Position numbers and translations under genes: made by a program
Part shown: one piece after another, positions 55,369 through 64,000 of the stretch
How positions within the stretch are numbered: the first letter of the stretch is position 1
How the letters are laid out: each line of letters opens with the position of its first letter
Origin: Opitutia bacterium
GTDB taxonomy: Bacteria; Verrucomicrobiota; Verrucomicrobiia; Opitutales; Opitutaceae
Assembly (NCBI GenBank): GCA_947478395.1
Contig: CANJVR010000004.1
Location: 64,001-128,000, forward strand
DNA: 64,000 nucleotides
Reading direction: 5' to 3'
The notes under the pieces: generated by a model
The model's database searches: none
What the model was told of the DNA's origin: nothing
The model's input: the letters and a program-made list of their open reading frames with translations, nothing else

Positions 55369-55760
55369 CGCGCCGTCCATCTCCGCTTCGAGTACCTCTG
55401 GTTGCATCGTCTGCAGCGGTCCCTTCATCGCGTCGTACTCGGCCGGCGTTCGTATCAGATCGTGTTTCGTTACGTGGATTCTCGCATCGCTTCGCTCCAG
55501 GCGGGCTACCGTTTTCCTCGGCTCGTGGTTTTAGGCGTCATCACCAAACCAGGTGCCGTGATCCGCTTTCTTGCTGAACTCGGCGGACTCTACGGTTGAA
55601 AACGCCGGCGAGAGGGTGAGGCGAAAGCCCTGCCCCGGGACTCCGGATTTTACCCTTTCAAGGGATGGAGCGTTCGCGTCGGAGGATGCGGGCCTGAAAG
55701 GGCTATCCCCTTATGGGAGACGATCGAAACCGATTCAGCAGAGCCGGGAGGCCCGCGTGC

Positions 55761-57152
55761 TTACATCGCGTGAATCGCGCTCTTGCTGACGGCGAGCCCG
55801 GCTTCTTTCACGGCTTCGCTCATTGTCGGATGCGCATGGATGGTGCGCCCAAGATCTTCGGCGCTGCCGCCATATTCCATGTGGGTGACGACTTCACTGA
55901 TGAGTTCTCCGGCTCCGTGGCCGACGATTTGGGCGCCGAGAATCTGGTCGGTCTTCGCGTCGGCGATGATCTTCACGAAGCCATCCATGGCATCGGCGGC
56001 AATGGCGCGGCCATTGGCGGCGAAGTTGAATTTGCCGACGTTGATCGCGCGGCCGGCGACTTTGGCGGCGTCCTCCCCGAGGCCGACGCAGGCGACTTCG
56101 GGTTCAGTGTAAACGACGGCGGGCACGAGGTCCCAATTTACGTGGCCGGCCTTGCCGGCGATCCATTCGGCGACGGCAACGCCGTCTTCCTCGGCTTTGT
56201 GGGCAAGCATCGGGCCGGCGACGACATCGCCGATAGCCCATATGCCCGGAGCCGTGGTCTTGAGATGAGCGTCGACTTTCACGCGCTTCTTTTCGTCGAG
56301 CTGCACGCCGGCTTTCTCCAAGGAGAGACCATCGGTAAACGGCCGCCGCCCGACCGAGACGAGAACCTTGTCGGCCGGAAAGGAAAGTTTTTCGGTGCCG
56401 CGTTCGGCGGTGAGGGTCCCCTTGGTGAAGCCGGTGACTTTGGCCCCGACTTCGATCTTCAGGCCTTGCTTCTGGAGCATGCGGGTGAAGCTACGCACAA
56501 TGTCGTCATCGTAGGTCGCGATGATTTTGGGGAGAAATTCGATGACAGTCACGTCGGAGCCAAGTCGCGACCAGACGGAGCCAAGCTCGAGACCGATGGC
56601 GCCGCCGCCGACGACCACGAGTTTTTTCGGCACGGAATCGAAAGCGATGGCATGATCGCTGGAGACGACAGTCTGGCCGTCGAACTTCATGAACGGGAGC
56701 TCGACCGGCGCGGAGCCGGTGGCGATGACGATATTTTTCGCGGTGAGTTGGGACGTTTCCTTTTCGCCTTTTACTTCGATCGTAGTGGCGGAGACGAATG
56801 CGGCTGCGCCGGTGATGACCGTAATTTTGCGGGCCTTGGCCAGTTGGGCGACGCCGCCGACGAGTTTTGTGACGACGTCGTCCTTCTTTTTGAGCAGCGT
56901 GGCGAGATCGAGTTCGACGGAGCCAAGTTTGATGCCGTGAGCGGCAGCGTGGCCTTTGGCGAAGGCGAAATGTTCGCTCGAGTGGAGCAGGGCCTTGCTC
57001 GGGATGCAGCCGACATTGAGGCAGGTGCCACCGAGGGTGGCGCGCTTTTCGACCAGTGCGACCTTGAGGCCGAGTTGGGCGGCGCGAAATGCGCAGACGT
57101 AGCCGCCGGGGCCGGCGCCAATTACGATCAAGTCAAAGGAAGTCGCAGACAT
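55761..57152 (-). CDS. lpdA: Dihydrolipoamide dehydrogenase (E3)
   Basis: [28 protein letters not shown] and HAHPTMSE; start at ATG 57152. Confidence 0.97.
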   Translation of the reverse strand: MSATSFDLIVIGAGPGGYVCAFRAAQLGLKVALVEKRATLGGTCLNVGCIPSKALLHSSEHFAFAKGHAAAHGIKLGSVELDLATLLKKKDDVVTKLVGGVAQLAKARKITVITGAAAFVSATTIEVKGEKETSQLTAKNIVIATGSAPVELPFMKFDGQTVVSSDHAIAFDSVPKKLVVVGGGAIGLELGSVWSRLGSDVTVIEFLPKIIATYDDDIVRSFTRMLQKQGLKIEVGAKVTGFTKGTLTAERGTEKLSFPADKVLVSVGRRPFTDGLSLEKAGVQLDEKKRVKVDAHLKTTAPGIWAIGDVVAGPMLAHKAEEDGVAVAEWIAGKAGHVNWDLVPAVVYTEPEVACVGLGEDAAKVAGRAINVGKFNFAANGRAIAADAMDGFVKIIADAKTDQILGAQIVGHGAGELISEVVTHMEYGGSAEDLGRTIHAHPTMSEAVKEAGLAVSKSAIHAM

Positions 57153-57245
57153 TTTTAGCAGTGGAAGTTGGAAGGTTAAGTTGAAGAGAAATCGCCCTGG
57201 CAAACGCGCTCTATCTTCAACTTTTCACATGAACTCTTTTGAGCA

Positions 57246-58448
57246 TCAGATGCTCAAAAGCAGGCGGGCGGGGTCTTCGATCGCTTGCTTTACTTTCACG
57301 AGGAACGTCACGGCTTCCTTGCCGTCGACGAGGCGGTGATCGTAGCTCAGCGCGAGGTACATCATCGGCCGAATGACAACCTGGCCGTTGAGGGCGACCG
57401 GGCGGTCGTTGATCGCGTGCAGTCCGAGGATGGCGCTTTGCGGGGCGTTGATGATCGGCGTCGACAGCATCGAGCCGAAGGTGCCGCCATTCGTAATCGT
57501 GAACACGCCGCCTTCGAGATCGGCGAGGGTGATCTTCCCGTCACGCGCGCGTTTGGCGACGTCACCGAGGGCTTTTTCGATGCCGGCCATGCCGAGACTA
57601 TCGCAGTCGCGAATGACTGGAACCATCAGGCCCTTCTCGGTCGAGACGGCGACGCCGATGTCGTAGTAATGATTTTCAACGATCTGGTCGCCGTCGATCT
57701 GGGCGTTGATCGCGGGAATCTCCTTGAGCGCGTTGACCACGGCCTTCGCGAAGAACGACATGAAGCCGAGTTTGAACCCATTCTTTTTGACGAAATCGTC
57801 CTGATATTTCGCGCGCAGGCCCATGACCGCGGACATATCGACTTCGTTGAACGTCGTGAGCATCGCCGCGTCGTGTTGGGCGGCGACGAGGCGCTGGGCG
57901 ATCTTCGCGCGCAGCGGAGTCATCTTGCGGCGGGACTGCCTTGCCCCTGCGGGGAGCGAGGGTTTCGGGTTGGGAATGGGAGCGGGCGAGGGCGCGACGG
58001 TTACGGGCTTCGTTTCGGTGGCAGCAAGCATATCGCCCTTGGTCACGCGGCCGGCTTTGCCGGAACCGGAAACGCTGGCTGGATCGATGCCAGTTTCCGC
58101 GGCGAGTCGGCGCACGGCCGGCGATTGCTCGGTCGGCGCAACCGGTTTCGAGCTTTGGGCTTCGGTTTTCGCGTTGGATGCCGGTGCGGCCGGTGCGGCG
58201 GGCGCGGTGGCGTCGGAGTCGATGGTGGCGACTTGCTGGCCGATTTTGACTTCGGTGCCGGCGGCGACCTTCAAGGTGATTTTTCCGGCTGACTCGGCGG
58301 TGCCTTCGGAGGTGATTTTGTCCGTCTCCAGCTCGAAGAGCGGCTGGTCCTTTTTGACGACGTCGCCGTCTTTAACGTGCCATTTGGCGAGCACACCGGA
58401 GCTGATCGATTCGCCCATCGGCGGGATTTTGACTTCGAGGAGAGGCAT
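57246..58448 (-). CDS. sucB: 2-oxoglutarate dehydrogenase E2 (dihydrolipoyl succinyltransferase)
   Basis: Lipoyl motif ETDK, E3-binding [18 protein letters not shown] and [12 protein letters not shown]. Confidence 0.96.
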   Translation of the reverse strand: MPLLEVKIPPMGESISSGVLAKWHVKDGDVVKKDQPLFELETDKITSEGTAESAGKITLKVAAGTEVKIGQQVATIDSDATAPAAPAAPASNAKTEAQSSKPVAPTEQSPAVRRLAAETGIDPASVSGSGKAGRVTKGDMLAATETKPVTVAPSPAPIPNPKPSLPAGARQSRRKMTPLRAKIAQRLVAAQHDAAMLTTFNEVDMSAVMGLRAKYQDDFVKKNGFKLGFMSFFAKAVVNALKEIPAINAQIDGDQIVENHYYDIGVAVSTEKGLMVPVIRDCDSLGMAGIEKALGDVAKRARDGKITLADLEGGVFTITNGGTFGSMLSTPIINAPQSAILGLHAINDRPVALNGQVVIRPMMYLALSYDHRLVDGKEAVTFLVKVKQAIEDPARLLLSI

Positions 58449-58464
58449 GGGAGGAGAAGGAAAA

Positions 58465-58499
58465 GTAGTGAGTAGCGGGTAGTGAGTAGCGAGTGGAAA
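58465..58499. repeat. Heptamer tandem repeat (GTAGYGR)x4-5
   Basis: GTAGTGA GTAGCGG GTAGTGA GTAGCGA GTGGAAA in the sucA-sucB spacer. Confidence 0.7.
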
Positions 58500-58552
58500 G
58501 ACAGCAGGCGGCGGAGAGAGGGATCGAAATCTGTGCTACGCGCTACCTCAAA

Positions 58553-61321
58553 TCAGAGCGTGAAGGCGTCGTTGAGCAGGGCGGTGAGTTCCATCCGGTG
58601 CAACGCGAGGTTGCCGACGGCGGGAGAGGCCGAGGCGTCGCGGCCCGCATAAGTGGGCTTACGGCCGAAAATTTCCTCGATTTGTGGGGCGATGTACGAC
58701 CACGCCCCCATGTTCTGCGATTCTTCCTGACACCAGACGAGTCGCGCGGCGTGGCCGTAGGCGTCGGAAAGTTTGGCGAGGGCGTTCGTGTGCAGGGGAT
58801 AAAGTTGTTCCACACGAATGATCGCCGTGTCCGCAAGCTTTCGCTTGGTGCGGTACTCGAGCAAGTCGTAGTAGATTTTGCCGGAGCAGAGGATGATGCG
58901 GTCGGCTTTTTTTGGCGCCGTCGGATCATCGATGATTTCTTGGAAACTGCCGCTCGTGAAATCGCTGAGCCGGGAAACGGCGGCGGGATGGCGCAACAGC
59001 GATTTGGGCGACATCACGATGAGCGGCTTGCGGAAATCTCGTTTTATCTGGCGGCGCAAGGCATGGAAAATTTGCGCCGGCGTCGTGAGGTTCACGACCT
59101 GCATATTATTTTCCGCGCAGGACTGGAGGAAGCGTTCCAGCCGGGCCGAAGAATGCTCTGGCCCCTGGCCTTCGTAGCCGTGCGGCAGGAGCAGTACGAT
59201 GCCACTCGTGCGCTGCCATTTCGATTCGCCGCTCGAAATGAATTGGTCGATGACGACTTGGGCGCCGTTGGCGAAATCGCCGAACTGGGCCTCCCAAATG
59301 CAGAGCATCTGGGGATAATCGAGCGAATAGCCGTAGTCGAAGCCGAGGACCGCGACTTCGGATAGCAGCGAATTATAAACGCAGAAACGCGCGTCAGCGC
59401 CTTCGATGTTTTTGAGCGGGGTATATTTTTCGCCCGTCTCCGTGTCGGACACGACCGCGTGGCGGTGAGTGAACGTCCCGCGCTCGCAGTCCTGACCGCT
59501 GAGGCGAACGGGCACGCCTTCAACCAAAAGGGTGCCGAACGCGAGGGCTTCGCCGAAACCCCAGTCGATCGCGCTGTCGTCCTTGTGCGCCGCGAGGCGG
59601 GCGTCGAGGAATCGTTTGATTTTGGGGTTCAGTTTGAAATTGGCGGGGACGGTTGTGAGCCCGCGCACGACGGTGTCGATGACCGCCGCAGACACGGCGG
59701 TGTTCACCGGAGTGTGGTGAAACGGCGGCTGGAACACCGCGGTGGAACCCTTGAAAGCGTCGGAGGCTTTGGCGCGCTTCGCGGTTTTGACGGCCTCGCG
59801 TTCTTTGGCCTTGGCTAGGTTTTCCTCGAGGGACGCGGAATATTCCGCGGTGATCGCTTCGCCTTCGGCGGCGGTGATGGTGCCGGCGCTGACGAGCTGT
59901 TCGGTGTAGATCGCAGAGACCAACGTGTGCGCGGCGATTTTCTTGTAGAGCGTGGGCTGCGTGAACGCGGGTTCATCGGTCTCGTTGTGGCCGTGCCGCC
60001 GGAAGCAGTACATGTCGATGAACACGTCGCGATGAAACTGCACACGGAAGTCGAGGGCGAGTTGGGCGACCATGCACACGGCTTCGGGATCGTCGCCGTT
60101 CACGTGAAATATCGGCGCCTCGATCATTTTCGCGACGTCGGTGCAGTAGCGCGTCGAGCGAGCATCGCGGGGATCCGTCGTGAAACCGATCTGATTGTTG
60201 ATCACGAAATGGAGCGTGCCGCCGGTGCGATAGCCGGGGAGCTGCGAAAAATTCAGGGTCTCGGCCACGACGCCCTGGCCGGCGACCGCGGCATCGCCGT
60301 GGATCAACAGCGGCAGCACTTTGGTGCGCGTCTCGGTGTCGCCGCGGATGCGTTGACGCGCGCGGGCCTTGCCTTCGACCACCGGATTCACGATCTCGAG
60401 GTGGGAAGGATTGGCGGCGAGGCGAACCTCGACCTTGGCGCCGGACGTGGTCGTGAGGATCGACTCGTAGCCGAGGTGATATTTGACGTCGCCGTCGCCG
60501 GCGACGGTATCGGGCAGATAGTTTTCGGAGAATTGCTCGAAGAGCTGGTCGAACGATTTCCGCATGACGGAGCAGAGGACGTTGAGCCGGCCGCGATGCG
60601 CCATGCCCATGACAATCTCCTCCACGGCGACGTCGGGGCAGTGGTCGATCACCGCGTCGAGCGCGGCGATGATGGTTTCGCCGCCTTCGAGCGAAAAACG
60701 TTTCTGGCCAACATACTTCGTGTGGAGAAATTTTTCAAAAAGCTCGGCTTTGTGGACGCGACGGAGAAAGCGGACTTTCTGGGCCTTCGTAAATTTTGGC
60801 TGCAGCCGGCTGGACTCGATGCGATCCTGCAGCCAGCGGCGGCAATCCGTGTCCTGAATATGCGCGTACTCGACGCCAACGTGGCCGCAATAGGTTTCTT
60901 GGAGCGTGGTGACGATATCGCGGAGCTTCATTTGTCCGCCGCCGAGGTAAGTGCCGGTGTCGAAGGACGTATCGAGGTCCGCGGTTGAGAGCTCGAATTG
61001 TTCGAGGGAAAGTTTAGCGACGGGCGCGGGCGGGCCGCTGAGCGGATCGATGTGGGACTGGAGATGGCCGATCGCGCGATAGGCGTTGATCAGGTAGTGG
61101 ACGTGAGCCTGTTTCAGGCTGTCGACGATCGCGACCGCAGCGCCCGGAGCGGTGCCATCGCCTAAGGCGGCGGCCATGGAGCCGTTGTTGTTGCCGAGCG
61201 CGAATCCTTGAAAGAAGGCGCGCCACGTCGGATCGACGGAGTCGGGATTATCGAGCCACGCTTGGTACATCTGCTCGATGACGGCAGAATTGGCGCGGGT
61301 AGGAACGGTCATGGAATTCAT
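58553..61321 (-). CDS. sucA: 2-oxoglutarate dehydrogenase E1
   Basis: KRFSLEG, GMAHRGRLN, GDVKYHLG, NPSHLE, HGDAA, WEAQFGDF and PHGYEGQGPEHSSAR. Confidence 0.97.
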   Translation of the reverse strand: MNSMTVPTRANSAVIEQMYQAWLDNPDSVDPTWRAFFQGFALGNNNGSMAAALGDGTAPGAAVAIVDSLKQAHVHYLINAYRAIGHLQSHIDPLSGPPAPVAKLSLEQFELSTADLDTSFDTGTYLGGGQMKLRDIVTTLQETYCGHVGVEYAHIQDTDCRRWLQDRIESSRLQPKFTKAQKVRFLRRVHKAELFEKFLHTKYVGQKRFSLEGGETIIAALDAVIDHCPDVAVEEIVMGMAHRGRLNVLCSVMRKSFDQLFEQFSENYLPDTVAGDGDVKYHLGYESILTTTSGAKVEVRLAANPSHLEIVNPVVEGKARARQRIRGDTETRTKVLPLLIHGDAAVAGQGVVAETLNFSQLPGYRTGGTLHFVINNQIGFTTDPRDARSTRYCTDVAKMIEAPIFHVNGDDPEAVCMVAQLALDFRVQFHRDVFIDMYCFRRHGHNETDEPAFTQPTLYKKIAAHTLVSAIYTEQLVSAGTITAAEGEAITAEYSASLEENLAKAKEREAVKTAKRAKASDAFKGSTAVFQPPFHHTPVNTAVSAAVIDTVVRGLTTVPANFKLNPKIKRFLDARLAAHKDDSAIDWGFGEALAFGTLLVEGVPVRLSGQDCERGTFTHRHAVVSDTETGEKYTPLKNIEGADARFCVYNSLLSEVAVLGFDYGYSLDYPQMLCIWEAQFGDFANGAQVVIDQFISSGESKWQRTSGIVLLLPHGYEGQGPEHSSARLERFLQSCAENNMQVVNLTTPAQIFHALRRQIKRDFRKPLIVMSPKSLLRHPAAVSRLSDFTSGSFQEIIDDPTAPKKADRIILCSGKIYYDLLEYRTKRKLADTAIIRVEQLYPLHTNALAKLSDAYGHAARLVWCQEESQNMGAWSYIAPQIEEIFGRKPTYAGRDASASPAVGNLALHRMELTALLNDAFTL

Positions 61322-61544
61322 GGGAAACGATGAGCGAAGACGGTGAAGAGAATAAAATCGACGCGTCAGCGATGCCTAGCAGCCGGGCGAACGTAACGGG
61401 TCAAAGGAAGGGTTTCCCCTGACCACAACAGGGCTTCAGCGGGCTGACAAGTCCGGTGGCGGGCGGGACGGGGATTGCAATCGTGCTTAAGGTGGGTAGC
61501 AGACGCATTAGCTTAGCACCTAAACGCGAATTCACCTTTTAACG

Positions 61545-61796
61545 ATGGAAACCCAGATCAAAGAAGGAGTCGTGGCGCTTTTGGCCGCGATCAAAGCCGG
61601 GGACGGCCCGGCTGTGGCCACGACGATGGCGCGTTTGGACGATCTAGCCGCCCAAGGGCGGGATACGCTCCACCCCCAGCTCGCTCATTTCCTCGAACGT
61701 CGAAGTTACGCGAAAGCGTTGATGTTCTTGGGCGGAGAGACCGATATTCCGGTGGGTGCCTGCGGTGGGCGGGCGGAAAAACCCCGGGGGAATTGA
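61545..61796 (+). CDS. Hypothetical small helical protein
   Basis: 83 aa, ATG start after an AT-rich leader, LHPQLAHFLERRSYAKAL; 2 bp from the next gene. Confidence 0.65.
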   Translation: METQIKEGVVALLAAIKAGDGPAVATTMARLDDLAAQGRDTLHPQLAHFLERRSYAKALMFLGGETDIPVGACGGRAEKPRGN

Positions 61797-61798
61797 CC

Positions 61799-62197
61799 AT
61801 GGCGTCCGGCGAAAAAATCCAGACGGACGGTGGCAGTTCGCTGGCCAACAATCCTTTTGCGGCCCTCAGCGGTGCTGGTCTGCCTGCGTTTTCTAAATCT
61901 TCTGAGATCAAGCCCTTGCCGGGGAAATCGGTGATAGCGGTCGCGCCGAAGAATCGCGGGCGGGTCGACATCAAACGCGAGACCGGCAACCGCGGCGGGA
62001 AAACGGTCACAACCGTGAGCGGGTTTACCGGCATTGGCCTGCCGGAAAAAGAGCAGCTCATGAAAAAGATGAGGGCGGCGTGCGGCTGTGGCGGCACCGT
62101 CAAGGACGGCCAGATCGAAATTCAAGGAGACCAGCGGGAGACAATCGCGCGAATTTTGACGGAGGCCGGTTTCAGACCGGTGATGGCCGGCGGCTAA
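61799..62197 (+). CDS. yciH: Translation initiation factor SUI1/YciH
   Basis: RETGNRGGKTVTTV, CGCGGTVKDG and IEIQGDQR. Confidence 0.92.
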   Translation: MASGEKIQTDGGSSLANNPFAALSGAGLPAFSKSSEIKPLPGKSVIAVAPKNRGRVDIKRETGNRGGKTVTTVSGFTGIGLPEKEQLMKKMRAACGCGGTVKDGQIEIQGDQRETIARILTEAGFRPVMAGG

Positions 62198-62242
62198 AGC
62201 CGCCGACGGCCCGCCAGGCGGAACTCGAAAACGGAAATAGGA

Positions 62243-63367
62243 TCAACGCACCGGAACAAACCGTTCGCAGAACGGATAGGGAACGGAAACGGGTTGGCCG
62301 GTTGGCGTCAGCTGACCGCTGGTTTCGTCGACGCGGAAGACCGCGGCGTTATCGCTGCCGTGATTGGTGCATACGATCCATTTCCCCGTTGGATCGAATG
62401 CGAAATTACGCGGCGTCTTGCCGCCGCTGGAAACGTGCGCGACGAGGGAAAGGCGTCCGCTGTCGGCATCGATCGCAAACGCGACGAGGCTGTCGTGCCC
62501 GCGATTGGAGCCATAGATAAATTTGCCATTGGGGTGAACCTCGAGTTCCGCGGTCGCATTCGCCCCCTTGAAATCGGCGGGCAGGGTTGAGATCGTTTGA
62601 AATTCGGCAAGCCGTCCCGCGGCGGAATCCCAGTTGAAGGCGATGACCGTGCTGGCAATTTCGTTGATGAGATAGACCCAGCGACCGTTCGGATGAAATT
62701 TCACGTGACGCGCACCTGAGCCGGGCGCGACGCCGACGAAGGCCGGATCGTGGGGCTTCAACGTTCCGTCTTTTTCGTTGAAACGATAGACGTAGATCTT
62801 GTCTACGCCGAGATCGGCGACGAGCGCGAAGCGGTTGGTCGGATCGGTGATGATGGAATGGGCGTAGGCATGGCTTTGTCGCTGCGGGTTCAGACTGCTG
62901 CCGGTGTGCTGCACAAACGCGGTCCAGTCACCGATCGAGCCGTCGGGCTTTAGCGCGAAGGCCGCGATATTACCGCCCTCGTAATTGGCCACTAGCGCGT
63001 AACGACCGCTGCGATCGAGGCTGAGGTAGCTCGTGTCCGCGCCGTTGGCGAGGGTTCGGTTGAGATACGTTAGACGGCCTGTATGGGGATCTAGCGCGTA
63101 GGCAGACACGCCTCCGGTCCGGCCCGAGTTGCAGGTGTAGAGGTGCTGTCCATCGGGATGGATTTGAAAAAACGCCGGGGCAACTGCGTCCAGGAGGAAT
63201 TCCGGTTTCGTGAGAACTCCGGTGTCCGTGTCGAAATGGGCGAGGGAGAAGCCGATACCGGGTCCGGCGCGATGGGAGCCGAAGTAAACAAACATGTCCG
63301 CGGCGATAGCGTGGATGGGGCCAAGGCAAAGGACGGCAAACACTCCGGCAAAGCAGCGGGATTTCAT
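62243..63367 (-). CDS. pgl: 6-phosphogluconolactonase-family lactonase (7-blade propeller), exported
   Basis: LVANYEGG, HAHS, DLGVD, GSGARH, SNRGHDS and GKTPRNF; signal peptide from ATG 63367. Confidence 0.88.
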   Translation of the reverse strand: MKSRCFAGVFAVLCLGPIHAIAADMFVYFGSHRAGPGIGFSLAHFDTDTGVLTKPEFLLDAVAPAFFQIHPDGQHLYTCNSGRTGGVSAYALDPHTGRLTYLNRTLANGADTSYLSLDRSGRYALVANYEGGNIAAFALKPDGSIGDWTAFVQHTGSSLNPQRQSHAYAHSIITDPTNRFALVADLGVDKIYVYRFNEKDGTLKPHDPAFVGVAPGSGARHVKFHPNGRWVYLINEIASTVIAFNWDSAAGRLAEFQTISTLPADFKGANATAELEVHPNGKFIYGSNRGHDSLVAFAIDADSGRLSLVAHVSSGGKTPRNFAFDPTGKWIVCTNHGSDNAAVFRVDETSGQLTPTGQPVSVPYPFCERFVPVR

Positions 63368-63713
63368 GGCGATTAAATGAAGGGGTTCAAACTTGGCCGT
63401 TGGAAAAAACGAACGGACGTACGGTAGGGCGGAGGCGAAGGACGAAGCCAGCGACATTTTTTGCCGGACGGAAGATCGTGAATCAGCATGACCCGCCTCG
63501 TCGCCTTTCGAGAGGCTCATGGTCCTGAGCGTGTCGAACGCGCTGCGCCCCGTCCCTCGCCAGAGGGACGGCAATTAGGTTGCACCCCAATTTCCTCTTG
63601 AGAGGGTTGCCGGAAAGGCGGGGTGTGCTCGGGGGGCGCGCCCCCTGAGAATCAGATCAAGCACGAGCCGAATTGGCGCGAAGCGCCAACTCGGCTGATC
63701 GGTACCACCCCGC

Positions 63714-64000
63714 TTAAATAGCGCCTTGCAACCGGCCGTTCGAATCGCCGATGCGCTCGGTGCCCCGGACTCCTAGGCGGTCGTTCAAGCTGAGGAAGAG
63801 ATTGGACATCGGCTGCGACTCCAATTTTGCGAAACGGCCGGGAGTGAGGGTGCCGCCGCCCGCGCCAGCCACGATCACCGGCAGGTTGTCATGCGTGTGG
63901 CGGTTGCCGTCCGCATTGCCCGAACCATAGACAATCATTGAATTATGCAGCAGTGACTTTCCGTCCACGTCCTTGGTCTGGTCTAATTTTTCCAGAAAGC
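63714..64000 (-). CDS. DUF1552 family protein, C-terminal part (partial)
   Basis: DGKSLLHNSMIVYGSG.ADGNRHTHDNLPVIVAG..G and PMSNLFLSL; open to the window edge. Confidence 0.85.
   Translation of the reverse strand, partial: FLEKLDQTKDVDGKSLLHNSMIVYGSGNADGNRHTHDNLPVIVAGAGGGTLTPGRFAKLESQPMSNLFLSLNDRLGVRGTERIGDSNGRLQGAI

Noticed and set aside
55645..55705. CCCTTTCAAGG...CCTGAAAGGG inverted pair as a mobile element end
   Set aside because: Single short imperfect copy with no transposase nearby; it may be a decayed REP but cannot be supported.
58465..58499. Short repeats as a CRISPR array
   Set aside because: 7-bp tandem units without unique spacers, and no cas genes in the window.

Overview
High-GC bacterial chromosomal window with no rRNA, tRNA, CRISPR array or transposase recognised. 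The gene repertoire (DUF1552, DUF1080, LamG proteins, SusD-less TonB receptor, HprK beside lptB, fused E1) suggests Verrucomicrobiota, probably Opitutaceae; this is an inference. Housekeeping genes: ltaE, aroK, queG, rph, hprK, lptBAC-kdsC, rpiB, sucA-sucB-lpdA, yciH and a lactonase. Accessory modules: (1) a ~15 kb operon (23104-38376) with a sigma54-type promoter and tandem candidate enhancer sites, a Spy/CpxP/ZraP-like lead protein, a type II secretion-like gene set and a ZraS/ZraR-like two-component pair. Its secretin appears naturally split into two separately exported proteins inside the N3 loop. This is the best candidate for an undescribed system. (2) A peptide-ligase/transglutaminase system in two loci: transglutaminase + DUF2126 at 0.9-4.0 kb, and circularly permuted ATP-grasp + polyQ-tailed alpha-E + transglutaminase at 51.8-55.3 kb behind a sigma54-type promoter. 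(3) A putative glycolipid cluster with an ACP-FabZ fusion, ketosynthase, SDR, two glycosyltransferases and a thioesterase. (4) A glycan-uptake locus: TonB receptor, LamG proteins and DUF1080. (5) A MarR/MhqR-like quinone detoxification module with a visible shared operator. There is also a GH43 gene remnant and three dispersed repeat families. All family calls come from motif recognition by eye, not database searches.
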